Part shown: in pieces, positions 19,439 through 27,656 of the stretch
Position numbering within the stretch: the first letter of the stretch is position 1
Layout: each line of letters starts with the position of its first letter
Source: a virus
Taxonomy: Duplodnaviria; Caudoviricetes
DNA: 62,136 bases
Direction: 5' to 3' (one strand)
IMG/VR virus record: IMGVR_UViG_3300030090_003965
Location: 1-62,136 of that record
Made by a program: the position numbers and the translations under genes
Notes under the pieces: model-generated
Seen by the model: the letters and a program-made list of their open reading frames with translations, nothing else
Told to the model about the DNA's origin: nothing
Database searches by the model: none

Positions 19439-20902
19439 CTAATAATACACGCGTTGTCGGGGTGGGGTATCGTGGGGTTCGTAGTCTTCGGGGTGGCCAA
19501 TAAAGCCGCCTTCTCTAAAACGGCGCAGGGCTTGGGCAACGGTGTCGAGGTAATCGTCGTGTTCTCCAGCCGGAAACGCCGCACACTCCTCTATGACCTC
19601 TTCGGCCCATAGGGTGTCGGGTGCGTACACCATACCGCTCTCAAACATAGGGGCAACACTGTTTACGCGGCTTATTTTGTCATTACCGCGGCTGGGCGTG
19701 TAGTTAGTAACCGGTATACCCATGCGGCGTAACTCCTGCGTAAGGGGCATACCACTGGCTTTGGCTTCTATGAGAACGGTTTCGGGTTCCCAGTAGTTGT
19801 ATTCCTCCATGGTAATGCGGCGCAGTTCGGGAAAGTCCCAGCGGCCACGGCGGGCGTCACACAGTATAAGGGCAGCAGGCTTGCCTTTTTCGGGGTAAAA
19901 AACACCCCATGTGGTTATTGCGCTGTAGTCGGCTTGTTCCTTTTTGCTAAAGGCGGTGTCGTAGCTTTGCATTACGTAATGCAGGTGGGGGAGCTCCTTA
20001 TCGGGCCACTTTTGCCACCAGTCGCGCTTGAGTATTGCGCTGGTTTCGCTGGTGGGGGACTGCTGCCACTGGGCCTCCCATTTGCTTACGCTCAAACTGG
20101 CACGTACGGCTATTAGGTCTTCCTTAGACCAGTACTCAGGCCATAGGGGGTTTTCGGTCTCGGGCATAAGGGCAGGGAATTCCACTACCTCCCATTTATC
20201 GGCCAAGGGGTCACGGGCCATCTGGCGTATTACCTTGCCGGTTAAGTCGTTTTCGGCCCAGCGGGTCATCACTACTACTATGGCTCCTCCGGGTTGCAGG
20301 CGTTGGCGCGGGCCACTGGTGTACCATTCGTAGGCGTGTTCAAGGGCAGTAGTGCTTAGGGCGTCTTGCTCGCTGTGGGGGTCATCGATAATGAGTAAGT
20401 CTGCGCCACGGCCCGTTACCGCACCACCCGTGCCAGCAGCAAAGTATTCACCGCCCTTGGTGGTTTCCCAACGGCCTGCGGCTTGGCTGTCGGCGCGGAG
20501 CTGCACCCCCTGAAACACCTGCATATACTCCTGCGAGTTCATTAAATTACGCACCTTGCGGCCAAAACGGTAAGCTAATTCAGCGGTGTGGGTGGTCTGC
20601 ATAATCTTAAGCGTAGGGCGGCGGCCCATTAACCACGCAGGCAACAGGTAACTGGCAAATTCACTCTTAGTATGGCGCGGGGCCATATTAACTATAAGGC
20701 GCTTAATGTCGCCGTTAGCAACGGCTTCGAACTTCTGGGCCATAATGCCATGGTGCCTGCCCGCAATAAACTCAGGCCACATAGCACGTACAAAATGGGA
20801 AAAATTCTCGCGGCAAGTATCGGCATGTTCCAAAGCCTGCGCACGGCTCAATAACCTAGCGTAGCTCTTAAGGGTTTCTTCTGGGGTAGACTCTAAGGAC
20901 AT
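19439..20902 (-). CDS. terL: Terminase large subunit
   Basis: Walker A NMAPRHTKS, Walker B LLIIDDP, coupling motif MTRW, nuclease SYDTA / IEAKASG / HDDYLD. Confidence 0.95.
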   Translation of the reverse strand: MSLESTPEETLKSYARLLSRAQALEHADTCRENFSHFVRAMWPEFIAGRHHGIMAQKFEAVANGDIKRLIVNMAPRHTKSEFASYLLPAWLMGRRPTLKIMQTTHTAELAYRFGRKVRNLMNSQEYMQVFQGVQLRADSQAAGRWETTKGGEYFAAGTGGAVTGRGADLLIIDDPHSEQDALSTTALEHAYEWYTSGPRQRLQPGGAIVVVMTRWAENDLTGKVIRQMARDPLADKWEVVEFPALMPETENPLWPEYWSKEDLIAVRASLSVSKWEAQWQQSPTSETSAILKRDWWQKWPDKELPHLHYVMQSYDTAFSKKEQADYSAITTWGVFYPEKGKPAALILCDARRGRWDFPELRRITMEEYNYWEPETVLIEAKASGMPLTQELRRMGIPVTNYTPSRGNDKISRVNSVAPMFESGMVYAPDTLWAEEVIEECAAFPAGEHDDYLDTVAQALRRFREGGFIGHPEDYEPHDTPPRQRVYY

Positions 20903-21203
20903 TTAATAAACAGCAATTTTATAAATTTTTCCACCACCGCAAAAAAGGTACTCGCTCCGCACAATGTATTAACAAGCATTTCATGTGTTTACAATTAAAG
21001 TTAAATAAAAGAAACAACGGAGCAAGCACCAAGCAACAGTGTACACAAATAATAAGTCGTGGGGCAAGGAACAATAATCAAGGACTCCTGTAAGGAGCTT
21101 TATAAAAAATGCCCTAGGATTTTTAGCAAAAACAGTGTTTACATGCTGAGCATATAAACACCGTCTCCGCAAGCGGGGGTCACGGGCTTAAATGCGCACA
21201 CAT

Positions 21204-21240
21204 AAAAAAGCCCGCGCTAGGCTAGGTACCTAGCGCGGGC
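21204..21240 (-). terminator. Rho-independent terminator
   Basis: 12-bp stem GCCCGCGCTAGG / CCTAGCGCGGGC plus T6 on the minus strand, 16 bp after the stop at 21257. Confidence 0.85.
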
Positions 21241-21256
21241 CAGTTTGCGCTAGTTT

Positions 21257-21883
21257 TTAACTAGCTGTTGCGCTGCCCTTAACAGCAAGTTTAATTACTG
21301 GCTTTGGTGTAGCACTTGGCGTAATGCTAAATTTTTTGTTGCATGGGCTACCACCACCATTAAGCGCGGCCACTAACACGCAAGGGTTAGTAGTTACCCC
21401 AGTGCATAACCGTATTAGGCTAAAGTATGCCTGTAGGCAGTACACGGGCTGGGTTGCTGGTGTGTGTTTGTATGCCCCACCATGCCGCGCACTGCTACTA
21501 GCCAACACCATTTGCTGTTGTTTTATGTTGGCGTAGCCGTGGCCTACAATACTGTTAACGGCAGTTTGCCAGCTAGGATGTATGCCATACAACAACCAGT
21601 TTAGTTGCGTAGGCCGTACCCCGTTGGGCTTGCCCTTGTAACCGTAGGCTAGTACTTTTTGCCCCGCGCTTGGTGCGTTAGCTATTGCTGCTTTGCCAGC
21701 TGTGGTTAGCTGCCAAGTAACATTGGCTGGCCCACCAACACTGGCAACCCAAGCTGTAATGGCTTGCGCTTTTACCCATTTATGCGGTTGGTTGCCTGTA
21801 CCCAGTACTAGCTGCGGTATTGCTATAGTTGGCGCGTTTACTGTTGCGCTACCTGTAGCGGTTTTACGTTTTGCTTTTTGCAT
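21257..21883 (-). CDS. Basic 208-aa hypothetical protein with no Asp or Glu; paralogue of 23045..23506
   Basis: Likely start is ATG 21883 behind an AAAGGGT SD; it has its own promoter and terminator; motif-level similarity to 23045..23506 supports a real gene. Confidence 0.75.
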   Translation of the reverse strand: MQKAKRKTATGSATVNAPTIAIPQLVLGTGNQPHKWVKAQAITAWVASVGGPANVTWQLTTAGKAAIANAPSAGQKVLAYGYKGKPNGVRPTQLNWLLYGIHPSWQTAVNSIVGHGYANIKQQQMVLASSSARHGGAYKHTPATQPVYCLQAYFSLIRLCTGVTTNPCVLVAALNGGGSPCNKKFSITPSATPKPVIKLAVKGSATAS

Positions 21884-21959
21884 TTGTTTACCCTTTATAT
21901 GGTTAAGTGTTTTGGCTTTATTGCCATGTGGCCAGCCAGCATTGGCGACCACATAAGTA

Positions 21960-21987
21960 ATTATACTTACCTATACAGTATTTACAA
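21960..21987 (-). promoter_or_regulatory. Sigma70-like promoter TTGTAA-N16-TATAAT
   Basis: Reverse complement reads ttgtaa atactgtataggtaag tataat, upstream of the Asp/Glu-free gene. Confidence 0.65.
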
Positions 21988-22130
21988 GTACTTATACAAC
22001 TATTATGTAATGTTGTATTTACAGCTATTATTGTACGCACGGACGCGAATGGATATGAGTAGAATTGATATGATGTGATGATGCATACCACACGCACATC
22101 TCTCTCTTCTAGTTAAATCTAGGTAAATAG

Positions 22131-22329
22131 TTTAGCTTAATCCTATGATAAATGGCTCACTCTTCCTCGTCTGCGACGGTGACGGTGATGTTGCTGAAGC
22201 GCACGAAAACGCCTCCCTCACCGTCGTCGTCGAGCAATTCCTCGAAGTCTACGTCGGTTTCCAGAACCATTTCGCATAGGCGGTTGAAAAACTCGTCGCG
22301 GTTCATTTTAGCTTAATCCTATGATAAAT
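22131..22329. repeat. 23-bp perfect direct repeat TTTAGCTTAATCCTATGATAAAT at 22131-22153 and 22307-22329
   Basis: Read directly; the copies flank the 49-aa acidic ORF. Confidence 0.9.
22157..22306 (-). CDS. 49-aa very acidic protein (MNRDEFFNRLCEMVLETDVDFEELLDDDGEGGVFVRFSNITVTVADEEE)
   Basis: Below the ORF-track cutoff; AGGA SD lies inside the upstream repeat; 16 of 49 residues are D or E. Confidence 0.7.
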   Translation of the reverse strand: MNRDEFFNRLCEMVLETDVDFEELLDDDGEGGVFVRFSNITVTVADEEE

Positions 22330-22404
22330 AGAATATAAACTAAACAGACCAATGCAATCTGCATTGTGATAACTGTTGGTGTTAGTTTCATATGGAATAA
22401 CCAA

Positions 22405-22821
22405 TTAGCAGTAAAAGGGGCGGGTTTCGGGGTAGTTTTTACCTTCGTGTGGCTGGACACACGTTCTTAATGAGCTATGGCCCCATGCGCCGCCGAGCAA
22501 CAGGTAGTTGTCATCTCCGTACCCATCAGGATCGACTCCGTCATGCGGACCATGCCCCATCTTGTATGGGGTGCTGCGCTTGGCTTGCTCTTGCTCTTGC
22601 TTCCAGCGAGTCCACCATTTAAGAGCATCCTCCTCCCGAGTGAACGGGCCAGCCAGACAATGTATAAATTCACCCCTGTCAAACCACCAACCTCCTTCCT
22701 CTGGTCCCCCGTAACAACGGGATACCTCATATTGATTTACAAAATACTTGCCCTTAGTCCCTTCGTCTTCTCCTTGGGGAACATTTGCATAAGGGTTTTG
22801 CGAACTACTGGAACTAGCCAT
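22405..22821 (-). CDS. Conserved hypothetical phage early protein
   Basis: AAAGGAG SD; YGGPEEGGWW and C-terminal YP..RPFYC motifs. Confidence 0.7.
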   Translation of the reverse strand: MASSSSSQNPYANVPQGEDEGTKGKYFVNQYEVSRCYGGPEEGGWWFDRGEFIHCLAGPFTREEDALKWWTRWKQEQEQAKRSTPYKMGHGPHDGVDPDGYGDDNYLLLGGAWGHSSLRTCVQPHEGKNYPETRPFYC

Positions 22822-22864
22822 AACGTACTCCTTTATGTGAATAATTATTAACTACTACCCTTAT

Positions 22865-22893
22865 AGTGTAAAGTCCTTACATAGGACTGGCAA
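22865..22893 (-). promoter_or_regulatory. Sigma70 promoter TTGCCA-N17-TACACT with spacer palindrome GTCCT-N5-AGGAC
   Basis: Read directly; member of a repeated family. Confidence 0.75.
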
Positions 22894-22991
22894 CCCCCTA
22901 AGTAGTCAACTCCATTCATTTCTATTCATAGTTATAGGTAGTATAGACGGGCGTGTTCGTCTCAAGTCTGGGTTAATCTCTCTCAGTAAAT

Positions 22992-23024
22992 AAAAAAGAG
23001 CCAGCGGATACACGACCCGCTGGC
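22992..23024 (-). terminator. Rho-independent terminator
   Basis: GCCAGCGG / CCGCTGGC stem followed by TCTTTTTT on the minus strand, after the stop at 23045. Confidence 0.75.
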
Positions 23025-23044
23025 CCAGTGGCGGCATTCAGTAA

Positions 23045-23506
23045 TTAGTTGTTTTTAGCAACCGATAACTGAACCCAAGGCCCTTGCAGCCAAGCCTTGG
23101 CACTAGGACTATACCCACCATTCAACAGTGCAATGGTGCAAATCATAGTCTGTGCGCTGTGGCCGTCCACCTTACGCATGGCAGCAAGAATGTTGCCAAG
23201 GCGACGGTCGCCCGTTTTGCCATGCCCCTGCTTTAGACCAAACAGGTGGAAGTCATGGTACATGGCCCTTACGCCTCCGGCCCTGCTGTACCCGAACGGG
23301 GTAGGCTTTTGGTCCTTAAGGCGGCAGTTTTCCAACGGCGTTACGACCACGTTGTTAAGCTGCCCGTCCGCGTGTTGAGCTATCCAGTCATGTACCTGCT
23401 TGGCCGTGACTTCTACACCCTTTACAACAGGAAACACCAGAGCTTTGCCCGTGGTCTTTTTAACCACTTTCTTAGCTGTGGATTTTTTACGTACTGCGCT
23501 TTTCAT
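23045..23506 (-). CDS. Basic hypothetical protein, paralogue of 21257..21883
   Basis: AAAGGAG SD, own promoter and terminator; Lys-rich N-terminus; ALLNGGYSP. Confidence 0.75.
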   Translation of the reverse strand: MKSAVRKKSTAKKVVKKTTGKALVFPVVKGVEVTAKQVHDWIAQHADGQLNNVVVTPLENCRLKDQKPTPFGYSRAGGVRAMYHDFHLFGLKQGHGKTGDRRLGNILAAMRKVDGHSAQTMICTIALLNGGYSPSAKAWLQGPWVQLSVAKNN

Positions 23507-23567
23507 ACAATACTCCTTTCTGTGAGTATGGTTACTGTGACTAGTCCAATACCAGCCACTTACCCAT

Positions 23568-23596
23568 AGTATATGCTCCTTAGCTAGGAACTACAA
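23568..23596 (-). promoter_or_regulatory. Sigma70 promoter TTGTAG-N17-TATACT with spacer palindrome TCCT-N5-AGGA
   Basis: Read directly. Confidence 0.75.
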
Positions 23597-23735
23597 GTAC
23601 TATTTAATCATCTTCTTTTATCCTCTTTCCGGGGACTAGAAACGAAAAGACTTGAACCGAAGACAAAGGAGGATTGATGATTATTGACGAGGAAAGGAAG
23701 ACTTGAACCATGCACCGTGGTACAAGGCCAACGGC

Positions 23736-24188
23736 TCAAGGTGTTTCTCTCTCCCTAGGTAAATCTTGTCCTCTCCTTATAGAAGAAAGAAGATGATTGA
23801 GGAACCCTGCCCAATCAAAAGGACTTCCCGAAGACCAGACTGGGGTAAAAGGGGCTTTTTCAGTGGTTAATCCAGCAAGGCCCATGACCTGTTCTCCTGA
23901 AAATAAATTGATAGTCCTCTCTGGGGGATGTCCAACCAAGTTCCAAACGAGTCCCCCATGACTAAAATACTGTGTTTGCCAAGAGATTTGATGTGGTCGG
24001 AACTTTACTGACTTAAGTGTCTTTAATCTGTGAACCTTTAGTTCTAACCAAAAAGGTGTACCGTCTAACAGGCCGTGTAAGTCGGGTACTCCCGGAGCAG
24101 CCCACGACTCTATACGTGTCCACAACACCTGTTCTTTAGTCCCGTCACGTAGCTGTTTCCAAAGCCTGCTTTCCGGTTTACTGGGCAT
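23736..24188 (-). CDS. PD-(D/E)XK nuclease (VRR-NUC / Holliday junction resolvase-like)
   Basis: E..LW, GVPDL, FWLELK, RPHQISW motifs. Confidence 0.8.
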   Translation of the reverse strand: MPSKPESRLWKQLRDGTKEQVLWTRIESWAAPGVPDLHGLLDGTPFWLELKVHRLKTLKSVKFRPHQISWQTQYFSHGGLVWNLVGHPPERTINLFSGEQVMGLAGLTTEKAPFTPVWSSGSPFDWAGFLNHLLSSIRRGQDLPRERETP

Positions 24189-24730
24189 TACTGTTCTACG
24201 GTTTCTACCTCGGTTACGTCTATTACATTGCCCGCACTCACGGCAGCTAGTCCGGGGAATTCCTCTTGGAGGCGGTGTATTTCAGCCATTACTTGCTCGC
24301 GTGACATCTGGTCTATTTTACCGTGCAGTATTTCCTTACGGTCTATGTACAGGCCAGCAGCCTGACCACGGTACTTTTCAGCTGACACAGCGGCAGAAAA
24401 ATTGTTGTTATCAATGGCGGTGTCACGTAGTTCAGCTAGTTTTTGTACGTGGTTTTCAAATGTAACCTCGTATTTTTTAGCCAACTCGCTTTTGACTTCC
24501 CTTACACGGGCTACCACATGGGGATAGTCCCTGCCGTTTAACAATTGACTAGCTATGGCATGGGCACTGGCAGGACTGTAGCCAGCGCGGACTGCGGCTT
24601 CGGTTTGGGTCACATCCTCGCTGCTGTATATACGGCAGAACTCCTCTTGCTTGGGTGTTATCTGCTTTTCGGTACGAGGGTTTGCTACAACGTCTAGTTT
24701 GGGTTTATGAGTTTGTTTTGACTTAGGCAT
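24188..24730 (-). CDS. terS: Terminase small subunit
   Basis: TPKQEEFC..Y....TQTEAAVRAGYS...A...ASQLL HTH; SAAVSAE..RG.AAGLY. Confidence 0.85.
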   Translation of the reverse strand: MPKSKQTHKPKLDVVANPRTEKQITPKQEEFCRIYSSEDVTQTEAAVRAGYSPASAHAIASQLLNGRDYPHVVARVREVKSELAKKYEVTFENHVQKLAELRDTAIDNNNFSAAVSAEKYRGQAAGLYIDRKEILHGKIDQMSREQVMAEIHRLQEEFPGLAAVSAGNVIDVTEVETVEQ

Positions 24731-24860
24731 CCTTAAAAGTCCACACTTTGCTTTATAGATGTGATATTAGCAGAAATGACTTCAAATTAAAAGTCCTAAA
24801 TAGAACTTAAATCAGCGGAAACCTGTTTCACTGTGCAATGACTCTAACCTATATACTGTG

Positions 24861-24928
24861 ATATTGTATATCGGTGAGTACTGGAACTTTTTTAACTCGT
24901 TTTGTACAATATACCATCTATATACAAA
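24861..24928. repeat. Bipartite element ATATTGTATATCGG-N34-ATATACCATCTATATACAAA, copy 1
   Basis: Both boxes and their spacing are identical to 46779-46846. Confidence 0.85.
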
Positions 24929-24947
24929 AGTGCGGAACTTTAACGAT

Positions 24948-25298
24948 TTATTTTACCGCGTACCTGACTAACGTACCCATTGTTGACCCAACCTTTAGTG
25001 CCCGCTGCGGATTGGCTACAAGCACTGTTTCCGTGCCGTGCCACCGATAGTTTGCCGGTAACGTGAGTATGTAGTCGTGGGTAGGTGTTTGTGCTGCGTA
25101 GACTTCTAGGGCAACGCCTTCGTTGCCTGCCCCGCCGCCCGGACTGCCCTGTGGCCGTGGACAGCAGTACACCCTGAAGTCGTTAAGAGTTAGCCCTGCG
25201 TTGATACTGCTTGCGCCTACGATAACAGGTGGAATTTGGCCCACGTGGACTTCAACGCCCTGCGCTACCTGTTGCCATTTGATTGATGGATTTGCCAT
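24948..25298 (-). CDS. Hypothetical protein, paralogue of 27242..27592
   Basis: AAAGGGGT SD and own promoter; EG..LEVY.A.T...DY.L motif. Confidence 0.7.
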   Translation of the reverse strand: MANPSIKWQQVAQGVEVHVGQIPPVIVGASSINAGLTLNDFRVYCCPRPQGSPGGGAGNEGVALEVYAAQTPTHDYILTLPANYRWHGTETVLVANPQRALKVGSTMGTLVRYAVK

Positions 25299-25341
25299 GT
25301 GTTGACCCCTTTATATGAGTATAGGTATTACTTACCCTACC

Positions 25342-25370
25342 AGTATAGGTTCCTACGTAAGGAGCTGCAA
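25342..25370 (-). promoter_or_regulatory. Sigma70 promoter TTGCAG-N17-TATACT with spacer palindrome TCCT-N5-AGGA
   Basis: Nearly identical to 25878-25906. Confidence 0.8.
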
Positions 25371-25838
25371 CTAATTGGTACGTTTTACACTAATCCTTAT
25401 GTACTCAATAAGGGCACTGGCGTGGCTGCACCCGTTGCGGCAGAAGGCAAGGTACACGTAGTCTAAGGGGTTTTCCGCGGGGCTTTCCGCTACGTATATG
25501 GAGTCGTAGGGATAGGGCCAGCAGGAGTACCCATACAGGCAGGCGGTGTCGTATAGGGTTTGCCATACGTCCGTTTTGTACGTGCTATGTGGTCTGTTAC
25601 CTTTTAGGGGAATGTCCGTGGGAGCCATAACACTACCGTGAAGTTCACTAAAGTAGTAGTCGTAAGTGGCCTGTGGGGCGAGTACCGTTTGTACCAGTGT
25701 TTGTATAATCTGGTGCTGCTGTACTGGTGCATTATCGGCTTCTAAGGCTTGTTTTTCCAGTGCCAGTTGCCCCAAGAACCCCTGTGTGTGGTCATTGGTT
25801 TGGTAGGTATACCAGCCGTCTTGGTTTGGTTTTTCCAT
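25371..25838 (-). CDS. Hypothetical protein
   Basis: AAAGGGGT SD and own promoter cassette. Confidence 0.65.
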   Translation of the reverse strand: MEKPNQDGWYTYQTNDHTQGFLGQLALEKQALEADNAPVQQHQIIQTLVQTVLAPQATYDYYFSELHGSVMAPTDIPLKGNRPHSTYKTDVWQTLYDTACLYGYSCWPYPYDSIYVAESPAENPLDYVYLAFCRNGCSHASALIEYIRISVKRTN

Positions 25839-25877
25839 GTGTTACCCCTTTATATGAGTATTGTTTAAGTTACTACC

Positions 25878-25906
25878 AGTATAAGCTCCTACGTAAGGAG
25901 CTGCAA
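25878..25906 (-). promoter_or_regulatory. Sigma70 promoter TTGCAG-N17-TATACT with perfect AGCTCCT-N5-AGGAGCT palindrome
   Basis: Read directly. Confidence 0.8.
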
Positions 25907-25916
25907 CACTACGTGC

Positions 25917-26375
25917 TTAGTCAGGGCGGAGTTCCGTAAGGTATGCGTCTACGTAAAAGTAGATATCAAGTGGAGTACAGCCCATGTTTTCTGCATAGGT
26001 GATGTTAAACAATTCCAGGCCGCTTGGCACCCCCACCCGACGGCCTGACATATTGCTGAGTGTAAACCAGTCTTGCCAAGGTAGGCTTTCTAGCCAGTCG
26101 TGGTCTTGCTGGGTTAAGCTGGCATTGCCAAAGGCGTTTATGGGGTCGTATAGGTGGACGTTATAGGTTGCTTTGAGTTCTACAGCTTCGTCACTGGACA
26201 ACGGGTACAGTAGGTCTATTTGTTTTTCGGCCACTATGTCTTTAATAAACCCGTGCATTAGCAGGGTTACAGAATCGTCCCAAGGATCCCCACTGGTTTG
26301 AAATTCTTTTTCTACATCTACCTTGGGCCATAGCCCGCGAACAAACCGCGATTTTCCAACTTTTACTCTTTTCAT
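25917..26375 (-). CDS. Hypothetical protein
   Basis: AAAGGGGT SD; TATACT box upstream. Confidence 0.6.
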   Translation of the reverse strand: MKRVKVGKSRFVRGLWPKVDVEKEFQTSGDPWDDSVTLLMHGFIKDIVAEKQIDLLYPLSSDEAVELKATYNVHLYDPINAFGNASLTQQDHDWLESLPWQDWFTLSNMSGRRVGVPSGLELFNITYAENMGCTPLDIYFYVDAYLTELRPD

Positions 26376-26467
26376 GCGTTTACCCCTTTCTGTGGTTACT
26401 TATACCCTTTTAGTATAAGGTCTGTTTTTATGAGTGTATAGTACCTGCGTTTACCTCTTTCTGCGGT

Positions 26468-26815
26468 CTAGCTATTGAACAATAGCGCAAGGTCTACCGT
26501 GACGTACTCGCCGCACTCGTAATCCTCCATATCAATGTAATCTCTTACGCTTCTAAAGTAGTCATACCTAGTTTCATACGCGGCTTCTTTGATACCCTTG
26601 GCTTTCAAGTCCTCCACGATTTCCATCAGTGCGCGCAATGTTACTGGCCCATCCTGAAAGCTATACTCCATGTCGTTGTCATATGTTACCCACCACTGAT
26701 TAGAGCGAATTATAGGAAATTCTTTTTTGTTCCAATCTCTTTTCATATCCGCCAATACTTTTGTCTTTTCAGCTCTAATTTTTTGTAAAATCGTTTGACC
26801 CATAATCATCTCCAT
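26468..26815 (-). CDS. Hypothetical protein
   Basis: ORF in the co-oriented early cluster. Confidence 0.6.
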   Translation of the reverse strand: MEMIMGQTILQKIRAEKTKVLADMKRDWNKKEFPIIRSNQWWVTYDNDMEYSFQDGPVTLRALMEIVEDLKAKGIKEAAYETRYDYFRSVRDYIDMEDYECGEYVTVDLALLFNS

Positions 26816-26850
26816 TTAACATGCCCAAGCCTTGTATTCCCAGTAGTCGC

Positions 26851-27237
26851 CTATGGGAACAACTTTAGTTTTTCCGTTGAGTTTTGGTAGGGGTCCATTT
26901 GGCATAGTAGCTGCATTCCGTGCTGGCCACAGTCTGAACTGTAGTAAGGTGGAGTACTGTGTAGTAGCTGGTAGAGTGCTTCTCCTTCGGGAACGGCCCT
27001 ACGCCACACTCGTGTTCCTTTAACGCCAGCCACGGTTTCTTGTCTTTTAACGTAGCGTTGTTTGGTTCCCCCTTGATGTGCGGCAAGTCGTTTAGCGGCG
27101 TGGTCTAATGCACCGGCTATGGTTTGTGGCGTGTATCCGGCGGCAAAAAAGCTGTCGCCCACTTTCATGTGCTTTATAGGGAATTTACTATGTGGCACAC
27201 GCTCCGGCAGAGGAATATTTGTTTCAACTTTAAACAT
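26851..27237 (-). CDS. Small putative DNA-binding protein (IPLP...MKVGDSFF...RVWR family), copy 1
   Basis: Motifs shared with 33388..33663 and 43285..43500. Confidence 0.65.
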   Translation of the reverse strand: MFKVETNIPLPERVPHSKFPIKHMKVGDSFFAAGYTPQTIAGALDHAAKRLAAHQGGTKQRYVKRQETVAGVKGTRVWRRAVPEGEALYQLLHSTPPYYSSDCGQHGMQLLCQMDPYQNSTEKLKLFP

Positions 27238-27241
27238 GCGT

Positions 27242-27592
27242 TTACCCCTTTCTTTTGAACCTAAGTAGTTGCTGCTCCACGAGAGTTGGGTTGGCGTGAC
27301 TCAAAGGTTCTTTGTAAAAAGATTCGTATTGTAGCTGGTGCAGGAGCACGTAGTCGTAGTTTGCGGTGCGGGCCATGTAGACTTCTACGGGTAGCCCTTC
27401 GGTGTGGGGGTGGCAGGGTTTGAAATCCTCTATCGTAAGATGCTGCGGCCCCCACTCGGGGTCGGGGTTTTTATCGGTTTCTGCCACAAACCACTCCTTG
27501 TTGGTGCATAGGTCTACACCCGTACTCAGGGGTTGCCATTGGGCTACGCCTTGTTCAAGTGCCCAGTCGGTGCTGTGTTTTTCTGTTGCCAT
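27242..27592 (-). CDS. Hypothetical protein, paralogue of 24948..25298
   Basis: Shared motifs; AAAGGGGT SD. Confidence 0.7.
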   Translation of the reverse strand: MATEKHSTDWALEQGVAQWQPLSTGVDLCTNKEWFVAETDKNPDPEWGPQHLTIEDFKPCHPHTEGLPVEVYMARTANYDYVLLHQLQYESFYKEPLSHANPTLVEQQLLRFKRKG

Positions 27593-27627
27593 GTGTTCAC
27601 CCTTTATATGGTTACTTATACCCTTTT

Positions 27628-27656
27628 AGCATAAGGTCTACTTACCTGACTAGCAA
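27628..27656 (-). promoter_or_regulatory. Sigma70 promoter TTGCTA-N17-TATGCT
   Basis: Spacer GTC-N9-GAC; shares the block CTTACCTGACTAGCAAC with 45342-45371. Confidence 0.65.

Noticed and set aside
20981-21172. 63-aa minus-strand ORF upstream of terL
   Set aside because: TTG start without an SD, immediately after a terminator in AT-rich sequence; more likely a regulatory or terminus region.
21257-21952. Asp/Glu-free ORF as a spurious product of low-complexity DNA
   Set aside because: It has a promoter, SD, terminator and a recognisable paralogue, and the DNA is not repetitive; only the first 23 codons of the track's call were dropped.
25299-27656. Recurring intergenic repeats as a CRISPR array or integron cassettes
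   Set aside because: The repeats are degenerate, separated by whole genes and resolve into -35/-10/SD elements; no cas or integrase gene.
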